Positions 54,187-64,000 of a stretch of 64,000 bases of DNA are shown in pieces. Within the stretch, counting starts at the first letter, position 1; each line of letters starts with the position of its first letter. The DNA is from Camelus ferus (taxonomy: Eukaryota): positions 40,798,001 through 40,862,000 of the forward strand of contig NC_045697.1 of assembly GCF_009834535.1 (NCBI RefSeq), read 5' to 3'. Under the pieces are notes generated by a model. That model was not told where the DNA came from, did no database searches, and saw nothing but the letters and a program-made list of their open reading frames with translations. Both the position numbers and the translations under genes were made by a program.

Positions 54187-54258
54187 CATAAAACAGCAAA
54201 TATTTTCTCTTGTGTTGGTGTTGTGGCATCTGAGAAGGATTTTAATGACATTATGAAC
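54187..54258 (-). CDS. AFF1: AFF1 exon (FIMSLKSFSDATTPTQEKIFAVLC)
   Basis: tgtag| acceptor, ATG|gtgtgt donor, 72 nt. Translated by hand. Confidence 0.93.
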
Positions 54259-54857
54259 CTACAGGAAAATATAAAATTGTATGAGGTTAAAAAAAAAAGG
54301 CATCAAGAAAACCCCAGACACAGAGACACCTTATTATGTTTGTCTTGGTTTTGTATTGATTTTTCCTGAAGATGTGAAGGCATGACAGCAACGCAGAGGG
54401 AAAATGAGGCTTTAGAGCAACGATTCAAGCCATTCAGAAAATAAGGCGAAGACACGCCTCTTCTCTGACCTGCGCACCTGCTTGAAACCAAGCAGCAGCC
54501 TGTGCCCTTACAGAGTCCCCTGCTGACGTGCAGGTAATAAACACGGAGAGTTTCAACCGAGACGAGAGAGCACCTGATCAGAAAGCCAAACTGGAAAAAC
54601 CAACCCTCTCCCTGAAGGGTTTGGCATCTCACTGTGCACTTGGCAAAACAAGGTAGCCAGACCCAGTTACTCTGTTCCAGCACTTCGTCTAGAATACATT
54701 TAACTTTACGATAAAAAAAAAAAAAATTTCCTGGATCAGTAACTTTTTAAAGGCTCCCCTTTGTTAAGCTGTCTTCCTACTAAAGTTCAAAAGGATTAAA
54801 GCAATAAAGGTGAGGACAGAAGCACTTAAGAGGAAGGCAAAATGACTGGGCACTTAC

Positions 54858-54994
54858 TTAATGAGGTCCACGGTTTCGGAGTAGATGGAGTAAGCTGACC
54901 TGGACGCTGGGCCCTCCAACTCCATGGCGATCCCACACTCAATGAAGGACAAGGCGGCTTCCAGGTACTTAAACGCCTTCCCAACCTTGTCTGT
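54858..54994 (-). CDS. AFF1: AFF1 exon ([21 protein letters not shown]...ETVDLIK)
   Basis: cacag| acceptor, TAA|gtaagt donor, 137 nt. AFF-family [11 protein letters not shown] motif. Confidence 0.96.
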
Positions 54995-57634
54995 CTGTGG
55001 GCGAAGAACACGGTCATTGTTAAGCCTAAAACAGACTTCTAGTTTCTCACACACATTCTTTACAGTAACTCCCCTCCACCGTCTGACTTTAATTGTGGCT
55101 AGAGAGAAGTATGAGAGCAAACAAACACAAAATGGTAACCGAAGCCCGTCAGCTCTGACCTGCTGAAAATTTCCTCGTGTTACTAATGTGCAGTTACTCA
55201 TTATGTAATTTTCCTGAGAAACAGATTATTCTACACATCCAGAATAATGCAGACAGTTTCTTTGTATGGGCTGAAGTTTATCTTACAATAAGGAGAAAAT
55301 ATTATGGTTTAAGCATCTTAGATGTCATATTGAACAACAATTTTTTTATGTATTTGAGAACCCAGCAGATCATCTCCTTGGGAAGTCTGGGTTCAGGGCA
55401 CAAGGCTATCCCCTGGGCTAACAGGGGAAAAAGTTCAGAGTCCCTTAATGCAAAAGTAGAAATTTGAATGAAATCAGATATTGGTGGTTACCAAAACCTG
55501 AATACACAGTTTGTTACTTAACGCTCTCCTCACTTGGTGGCATTCAGCTCACCCAGCACCCCCCCACTTGGCCCGTGCACCACACGCTGTAAGAGCAACT
55601 GATCAACACGGCATTCGCAAGGCTGAGGTTTCTGCTGACACCTCTCATCTGATACGTTCAAAAAGAAAGAATGAAAACAGGAAAGGTGCAAGTGGAGTAT
55701 AAGGAGATGGTGGCATATTAGCAAAGAAAGACGGCTTAGGGCTGCTAGTTTTAATTTTTAAACATAACTTGATTTAAAAATATGTCTTCTAGAGAAACCA
55801 GGCTCAGAAAATTAGTGACAGAATAAAAATCAAATCAGCATGCCCAATTAATCAACAGTACAGGGCCTTAGTGGTTTGCTTCGCTGGTGGGAATTTAACT
55901 CTTCAGACTTACTCATTCAATACCATCTCCTTTCATGGACTGTCTAAAATTCATATTGGCATTAGGGTAGAAATAAAACAAACCATAGTACAGCAATTGG
56001 CCAGTGTCTACTTTCTTAAGTATTCTGTAAGGTTAATAAGTTACTATGTATCTCCTGAGACAGGGTTAAGGTCACAGAGTTCTAATTTCCTTACTCAACA
56101 GTAGGTAAAATAAGAACAGAAGAAATACATCCTCTACGTTCAGTTATGCGCTTAACTATTTGCAGTGCAAGATGGACAACTTTGGGACGTTGTACAGCTA
56201 AAGGAGAACGTGACAAAGAGGCTGGCCATTCAGGTTTCTGTCCAAACTGGCGTATTTTGAGAGTGGAATGAGCTAGTATTACTTATTAGAATGGGAAGCA
56301 GCAGGTACAGGAAGGGAGAAGAAGATGCACATGTGTACAGATTAAAAGCAAAGCCAGAATGAAGTTCCCTGCAGTATTAATTTTGTTTGAATAATGAGGA
56401 AACCTAGTGCTGAAAGTGTCCAGTGTCAAGGTAAGTATTAGGTCACTGGCTGACCAAGACAAGTTTTAGTTTACTGAATATTTGCACTTTTTCAAAACTC
56501 AAAAATTCGTGTAGTTCTAGCAACAGCCGTGGAAAGTGAAAGGAAGAGGCTGGGAAGACACCACTGTGGGGTTGGTTGCAGGAGGCTTAATGTGACTCAG
56601 GTCATCCAGGCAGAAGGTCACTTTAGACATAGTGTCTAATTTGTCTCTGTCCCCCTCACAGCATCCAGCATGATAGGGACTCAATCAACATTTTATCTGA
56701 TGAATGGGGACCTGATGAAAGTGTCTCGGCCCAGCCCTCCCTAGCATGAGAACAGATGTGAGTCTACAGAGTCGGGATGAAGGACACTGGGCAGGGAGTC
56801 TGACGGCCACTGTGGACGGATCTGACTCAATCCCTGTGGACCTCCAGACCCTGTGGTTAGCTGTGCACATGGCAGGATCAAGGCAGCCTCTACCGTTCTC
56901 CTGTGGCACAAACTTCAACATATCTGCAGGGGTTTAGGTCTGGGGAATACACTAAGTAAATAAAAGCCCCAGTGTCTTAGATGTTTAAATATGACAAAGG
57001 GCAAAGCTTATCTAATTATACTGCAGCAGGGAAGTAAAAGCATTATTTAATTATGTATGCAATTAACATAAACTACCACCTTCCAGAAAGTCCAACAGCC
57101 ACCAGTTAAAGAGAGTTCACTTCTTTAAAGTATGTTTACCAACAGTGCAATCATTACCTTCACCTTAAAGTTTTATCTGATGGCACTGGTCTACTGACTA
57201 ACTTCACTGTTAGGCTCTCAAGGGCTTTAAGATAACTTTGGAATGCAAACAGGCTACCTCACTTTTTGAAATGTTTCAGGATAAACACAAACTGACAAGC
57301 TTTCAGTAAGCGAAGAGTTGTTTTTCACATCCAAGGAATTGATTCAGGGAGACAAGGAAGCCCTCATGTATATTAAATAAAACACTAACCAGGCAGGTCA
57401 ACTTTCAATCATCTAGACATAAAACTTGTGACTAGCAGTTTGTACATCTGCCCATGATCAGCCTGAATCAACAAAGTAAAAGTAATTTCATTCTCCAGGA
57501 ACCCCTTGACCCTCAACTCATTAGATGCCACAGCTCCTGTGGGGCCCGTGGCCAGTGCCCAGCCCCGCAGTCCCCCCTCCCACCCCGCACCAGGCTTGGC
57601 AATATGGAATCCCCAAGAATAAGTCAAGACTGAC

Positions 57635-57695
57635 CATTAATTCTGCTTTGTCCTTCAACCTCTTGGCCTCCTTCATGTGAAAATCTGCCTGTTGT
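57635..57695 (-). CDS. AFF1: AFF1 exon (QQADFHMKEAKRLKDKAELM)
   Basis: ttcag| acceptor, ATG|gtcagt donor, 61 nt. Translated by hand. Confidence 0.93.
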
Positions 57696-57877
57696 CTGAA
57701 AGAGAAGAGAAGATCAGGGGTGAGTCAAAGGAACTTAAAATGACTGGACTTGGGCAAGACGACTTAAGAAGACTAGAGGGTGAACAGGATGGGAGGAGAG
57801 GGAGGGCAGAGAGGAGGGAGGGCGGGGGGAAGGGAGTGGGAGGAGAGAGAAGCAGCAGCATCCATCCAAAGCCTTAC

Positions 57878-57969
57878 TTGTCAGGCTTCATGTGAGGCTT
57901 CCCTGGTTTGGAGTTACCATTTGGCAAAGAAGGCACTGGAAAACGATTTGCAGTATCTCCAGAAGATCC
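57878..57969 (-). CDS. AFF1: AFF1 exon (GSSGDTANRFPVPSLPNGNSKPGKPHMKPDK)
   Basis: ttaag| acceptor, CAA|gtaagg donor, 92 nt. Translated by hand. Confidence 0.92.
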
Positions 57970-58545
57970 CTTAAGAAATCATTATACAGATCACACTCTA
58001 ACATTTAAGATCACTGACCTAAATGTACCATCCCTCTAAATTAGCCCAAAATACTAGTTCAAAAAAGAGGAAATCAAACACTGCACACTTCAGCGTGGCC
58101 AAGAGCTTTCTCAGCTAGATTCAACTGAAACTGTAGTTTTTGATCGTATTTGGGACACAAAAAAAGCTGTAAGACGGGCATGTCCTAGAGAACAGATTAT
58201 CAACAAAGCCAAATCTAGTATTTTCTCTTAGGTAACACACGCGCTCGCGCACACACGCACACACACACTCATCTACCCCAGTTTAACAAGAAGAGAAGAA
58301 TTTGCATTTGAGAAAGTGGATAAATTTTTTCCCATTATAACCAATAATGAAAGTATTTGAAATCAAACATCCAAACCAAGAACTAACCAGGGTAAACGAT
58401 TTTTTTTTAACTGCAAAATACCTGATGAAAAATTAACACAAAAATCTATTCTGATTTTTCACCCCAAACCACTTTGAGAATAAACTGACATATAAATTTT
58501 CATGTAATACTAACTATCTTTTACTCTCCCTACAAAAAAGTAGAT

Positions 58546-58690
58546 TTTTTAAAAAATTATTTTTTTATTTTTTATGGCAGGGGAGGCAATTAGGTTTTTA
58601 CTTAGTTATTTTAATGGAGGTACTGGGGGTTGAACCCAGGACCTTGTGCATGCAAGGCATGCACTCTACCACTGAGCTGTACCCTCTCCC
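58546..58690 (-). mobile_element. tRNA-derived SINE (camelid Vic-1-like)
   Basis: ggaggtactgggggttgaacccaggacct...actgagctgtaccc. Approximate TSD caaaaaa(g)tagat on both sides. Confidence 0.85.
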
Positions 58691-58852
58691 TCAAAAAATA
58701 GATCTTAAAACAAAAATAACTCCTCACTACTTTGTTAAAAGTGATGGACAGCTCTGAAATATACCACCACTAGCAACTTCTCTTATCTGGGCGTTTGGAG
58801 TAAAGCTACACCTCTATGTTCCGGCCCACACAGCACCGCTTCCCCGCCTTAC

Positions 58853-59105
58853 TCTGTGCTCTGCAGAGCTTCCAGAGCCCTTCCCCTCTGCTTTTCTGTG
58901 CTTGGAAACAGAAGTGTCTTTGTGGTTGCCCTTGGTACTACTGGCACTTTTGGGAGCGTCCTGCCCACAGGAGTCTGCTTCCTGCCGTGGCCTCTTTGGG
59001 GCAGACTTGGCTGGCTTCTGGGAAGACGAGGATGAGGACGAGGACGACACGAGTGAAGGGGGAAGCATTTCCTTCTTTGAGGGCTCAGAGGAGGGCCTTG
59101 GAGTT
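58853..59105 (-). CDS. AFF1: AFF1 exon (TPRPSSEPSKKEMLPP...GSSAEHR)
   Basis: tccag| acceptor, AGA|gtaagg donor, 253 nt. S/P/K-rich. Confidence 0.93.
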
Positions 59106-59731
59106 CTGGAATGAAACACCATACAAAACTAGGTTAAAGCAGAGCATGAACTGGCTGATTTAGGTGTTGAGCGGTAAGGACAAAATGGCTGTTGACATAA
59201 AAGATTAAGATATCACAGAGCATGAAATCCATTTTTGTAGAAAGGTCCAACTTCAGAGTCCTTTTTTGATGCCTTTGGAAAATCTAGTTGTAACTATGAG
59301 TAATGAATGAAGTCGTGTAATTTGTCCCTAAGCCTGCAGAGTCTGCCAGCAGTCTTACCCTGACCTACCCGACCTGGTCTGCAATAGTTGCTGCCCAACC
59401 TGTACCTTTCTCTGACAGGCAGGCAGGCCTGGGTGCCACCTGCTCTCTGACCCTGCACATCTGGCTCTCTCTCAAGTCTGTTGGCCCCTACATGGTGACA
59501 CCACTCACTTGTTTTTGCCAAGTCTTTTGTGCTTTTGATAAATCTAAGTTTGCTGCCAAATCAACTGTCAATTCCTCTAAGGTCCTCATGGAGGAAAGTA
59601 ACACAAAACAAAATGAGCCCGAAGGGGTTTATTATTTTCTCATTCTACTGTGGAAGAAAAATATTTTCGCCATGTCAAGATCCAGGAAGATTTGAGCAGC
59701 TTTCTAGACTATTCCTAATCTCTATACTCAC

Positions 59732-59835
59732 TTTGATTTAGAAGAATCTTTGTGGGAGGATGAAGACGATGACTGTGATTTGACGTCCTTCTCCAGTTTG
59801 ACTTTCTTGCTATCGTGGTCTCTTTCTGCTTCACC
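59732..59835 (-). CDS. AFF1: AFF1 exon (GEAERDHDSKKVKLEKDVKSQSSSSSSHKDSSKSK); the gene continues beyond the window
   Basis: gatag| acceptor, AAA|gtgagt donor, 104 nt. Phase matches the next exon. Confidence 0.92.
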
Positions 59836-60238
59836 CTATCAGTGTAGTATAACAGAGTAAACTGTTACAAACATAACTGTGCAGACAAAAGAGAAAAATA
59901 TACAGCAAAGACAGTTAGACTTTTGGAAACATTTAGGTAAGTACCTACTGTGTGTGTCTGTGTATGTGTGTGTATTTGGGGGGGGTCAGACCATCCAGAT
60001 TTGACATGACTTATATTGAGAAGATTTCTGCATGAAGAAGGACTGTCCTTCATACCCAGGATGCAAACAGCTAAGTTTTCCCACGACAACACATATACCA
60101 AATTTACAGACTCCCTCCTGGTCTGGGCTCATGTATTAGCACCGTGGGAAGGAGGAGCCACCAGCTCTCCAGCAAGGACAGTGAAGTGATGGGTGAGAGT
60201 CCTTCAATCAACTCAGGTGCATTTGGAACTAAACTCCT

Positions 60239-60348
60239 GGGGCAGGGAGGAGAGGGGGCAGGGTACAGCTCAGTTGTAGAGCAGAAGTTCTGGGTTCAAT
60301 CCCCAGTACCTCCATTTAAAAAAAATTTTTTAATAAAGGTCAATCTTT

Positions 60349-60386
<38 letters not shown>

Positions 60387-60577
60387 AAAACAAACAAGTT
60401 TATACTGTTATGGTGCAGAGAACTATATTCAATGTCTTATAGTAACCTATACTAAAAAAAACTATGAAAAAGAATATATGTATGTATATGTATGACTGAA
60501 ATATTATATTGTATACCACGAATTGAGGCAACGTTGTAAAGTGACTATACTTCAATAAAAAAGAATACAAAAAAAAA
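60239..60577 (+). mobile_element. Composite: internally deleted Vic-1-like SINE (~60254-60345), (CA)n(TA)n, and L1 3' end with poly(A)
   Basis: SINE A/B boxes, L1 tail similar to 43993-44171, flanking repeat aactaaa(c/t)tcct at 60227-60238 and 60578-60589. Confidence 0.75.
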
Positions 60578-61254
60578 AACTAAATTCCTCTGACTGTTGG
60601 GGAGTTGGGGGAGGGAGAGAGAGAGAGAAATCTGGGACACCGCCAGCCAATCTAGGACAATCCCCCCCAAACCTGAAACCCTCTCTTAGAGCCTTAAAGG
60701 GAAAAACATGCAAGTGATGAGATTGTGGGGGGCCCCATTTTCACCAGTCTCTCCTTCTTTCTCCAAATTTCTCCAAGAAAAATGAATAAATTAAGACGAG
60801 TAGGCTCAAGCTCTCCCCAGGCGCTAATAAGCAGCCTGGCCCCACTCAATAGGAGGGGAAACAGCACAGACACGCCCTTCCTTCCCCCCAGCATCCTGCA
60901 AACAAGTGTGCCCAGTGTGTGCCTCCACCCAGCCTCCTGTGGAAACCATTTCTCTCTCGTTTCAAAATGGACCAGTCAAACTGACTTATAAGGATACCTG
61001 CTTTTACTCTCTCAGTGCGCACACAGGTGAGAACATTTAGGGAAAATATGGGTAGAGAAATTCAATCCAAGGGAAGGCTTATACCCACTAGAGGCCATTT
61101 CTGCACTGCCCTGCATGCTCCATCCCAGAGCCGGGCACCTGGGGAGCACCTGAACGTGGCTAGTCCAGGGACAAGTGACATCAGAGACTTTGTGCAAAAA
61201 AGGAGAATGTAATCATTAAACTGTCTAAATTATTTCTCTTGGGTTTTTTTCCCC

Positions 61255-61335
61255 CTTTTAATATTTTTTATATGGCTACTAGAAAATTTTGAATTACAAA
61301 TGTGGCTCACATTGTATTTCTATTGGACAGCGCAG
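61255..61335. mobile_element. MER3-like hAT-Charlie terminal fragment
   Basis: tggctactagaaaatttt.aattaca.atgtggctcacatt.tatttctattggacagcgc motif. Confidence 0.65.
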
Positions 61336-64000
61336 TTTTACACCCTTTTCTAGAGGTCATCTGCAAAATGGACCTTGAACTTCCAATGAGCCTATGCAAA
61401 GAAACAATTCTTAAATGTACAGGCTGTTCAGAAATATAACCATTCATTACAGAGAACTGAGGTAAAAGGACCTTGAGGGACCTACGGAGGAGATAGCGTG
61501 GAATGTGACAGCACACCCACAGGCACAGCGGGAGCACGACAGGAGGCCGCACGGAGCCGAGTCTCGAGTGGCAGCGGGCGCGGCCCAGCAGCAGAGCCCC
61601 GGGGCGCAGGCCAGGAGGGGACTGCTGGGGCTTTGCCCGGCGCGTAACTTTCAACGATTCATAATAGTAATGCTCGACCGGCACTCAAGAGGTTGGCAGA
61701 GAAAACAGAATACACTGGAAATGACTGGGTTCAAATAGAACTCTACTACCAGGGATACCCTCCTCGTCACTACAGCCAGGGTGCCCGAGAGGCTCTGCCA
61801 CCATGGAATTCTCTGGAGCTTTAGATTAAAGGACACACGGCTGGCCCAGCAAACACTGCAAGAGGATGGGCAATTTATCTCTGGGAAAAGTCACAGAATT
61901 TGCTAAAATATCCAGACAGGTATAACTTGTACATGAAACTGCAACATAAACTTTCTTAAAAGGAGGGCATTTTCCAGCTGTTAATGACTTGTAGGACTAA
62001 GTCCCCAAGACAAAGCTAAGCATTTATGTTCAATGCAGAAGGTTACTTCCTAAACACAACACCAAACTCCAGAGGTGGAAGGAGAGTTAATTTTTGTTTG
62101 TGTATCTTCATGCTGCTTCGGACATGCTAGTTATGACTGGAAACCACAGTGGCGGACCTTACTAACCGCGCATGAAAGTAAGGCTCCCAGTGAGTCAAAC
62201 CTCCCCGACTGGTTTTACCTCCGGCTTGTGCTGCTCGGTGACTCAAAAGAACAGCCCAAAACCAAGAATCCCCACACATGAGCTTCCATGCTAGCTTTAA
62301 CCACTCTGTTACTGGAAAAACATGCTTTCTATTGACATGCTGATAATAGTCTGTAAGCTGGCAGAAAGTAAGCCATTGAATCAATTAGGCAAAAATCCCC
62401 TTTTGTGGCCTGGGCCCGCCTGCCAGAGTTCACGCCCACGGGCCAAGGTTAGTATTCCAGCACACTCTGCCCTTGGAACCCTCTGGACTCCTGTGGGAAC
62501 AGTCCCCGAGGAACCCCCAGAGCAGCACTCCGGGGGCGTCTGCCAGCTGGCATGGAAGCAGGCCTGCACTACAACCCTGAGAGGATGGATTTCGGAAAGG
62601 GCCGTTAGAGGGAGTCACCCGATTCTGGGTGCAGGAAAACGCAGACGTGAATTCCAAGACTGGAAAACATGAGGCAAGGAGTTCTTAACATTTTTCTGGG
62701 TCAGAAGCCATTTGAAAGTGAGACGAGAGTGATGTGCTCTCTTCAAGAGGAGAAAGGAGTCTCCGTTGCCCAGTGGCTTATGCACAGATCAACTCCCATT
62801 TCAGGGAACCCCATCTAAGGTCTGGGTCTCAGAAATTCCCTTTTCCGGGACAATGTCTCAAAGGTGCCTCCATCTCCAACAGGAGGCGGCTGCTGACCAC
62901 CTGCTCCTGACTGACTTGTTTGCTTTTCTTAACCTGTTGGGTCAGGCAGCCATGGGTTATCTGCCAAATGCCGCTCCACCTACGAGTGGAGCAAAAGGGC
63001 AAGAATGAAGACCATAAAAGGAAGAGCTGGGACAGTCCAGGCCAAGCAGGTTTCTGCAGGGAAAGCCTCCACGGCAGCCTGCTGCCTGCCCAGCCTCTGG
63101 CTCACCAACAAGGTCCTGTAGGTAACACAGGGAATGAAAGCAGCTTTTGAGAACTGACACTCATCTGAGGACACAGTTCTTAATAGGTGGAAAGACAGTC
63201 TACTCAGAGCCTGCCATGACAAGGAGAGATGAGGGGCATCTGGCAGGGAAACTGAAGGTGGGGGGCGGGGGCACATCAGGATCTCAGGAGGGGGGACAGT
63301 GGAGTGATTGAGCCAGAGATGTACAGTGATCTTGAACTATGACCTCGGGCCTTGCTCCAAGAATTCCCCCCACCTCCACTCCTGCCAACAGACACTTGTG
63401 CATCCCCCCACCCCCCAACAAAAGGTGTGAAAGAGGGAAGATCACCAGACAGAGAGGAGTCAGCATACCGAGCTCCAGACCCTCTTTCGCCAAGTGATGT
63501 GGGAGTCTTTCTGGATCTCAGGTATGGAAGGCAGCAGCTGAACAAGAAATGCGTGAGGTTTCAGTACTGCAATTCTAAACTCCACTGTCCACCCCCACAG
63601 GGAAGCAGACTAGCTTGACAGCATGGGGAGCACAGCAAATGTGGAGAAGCAGCCTTCTGGGAACTTCAGGTACTTTTCCAGGATTTGCCTCTGCAGGTTC
63701 AGTAAGACGACACAGAGGGCACCAAGTCCAAGCTGGCACCAAACGGGGGTAGGACTTACTGAGAGAGGTTACAGTCACTGGGGTAAGTGCCACAGACAAG
63801 GAAAATGAATCCACTTTCCCCCTTCTTTTTGGAGAGGGAATACACGGGCATTAGACTGGTCCTAAACCAGCTCTTCATATGATGCTCTTAGGGTAACTAA
63901 CAGGCATGAAGAAATTAGATGTAAGTGGCTTTTTAAGAAATTATAGGGATGACTTTTCAAACCCTTGATTTTGAAGGATAATAACTGGGCATGTTGATGT

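Noticed and set aside
58235..58268. Alternating purine-pyrimidine tract (possible Z-DNA)
   Set aside because: A short, interrupted (CA)n/(CG)n microsatellite of a common type.
1..64000. CRISPR array, operon or other prokaryote-type system
   Set aside because: The window is spliced mammalian DNA with no regularly spaced repeats and no unexplained long ORFs.

Overview
Mammalian genomic DNA, probably from a camelid, judged from five Vic-1-like tRNA-derived SINEs. Two convergent genes are present. On the + strand is KLHL8 (BTB-BACK-Kelch protein): 9 coding exons from 2407 to 27591, all introns GT-AG, 1860 nt / 619 aa, intact, with a long 3' UTR running to about 30.9 kb. Its non-coding first exon and promoter are not evident in the window. 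On the - strand are the last 9 exons of AFF1/AF4 (59835 down to 50366) and a ~5.2 kb 3' UTR ending near 45.1 kb. The rest is intron or intergenic DNA rich in L1, L2, MIR, MaLR LTR and DNA-transposon fossils. The most notable anomaly is one extra base in the last AFF1 exon (50441). It creates an in-frame TAG and removes the conserved C-terminal 24 aa; an assembly artefact is the most likely cause. Other points: four upstream ATGs in front of the KLHL8 start, sites for all four miR-17~92 seed families in the AFF1 3' UTR, and nested or chimeric retroelements. I found no convincing evidence of a new biological system. Repeat family names and comparisons to human are from memory, not from searches.
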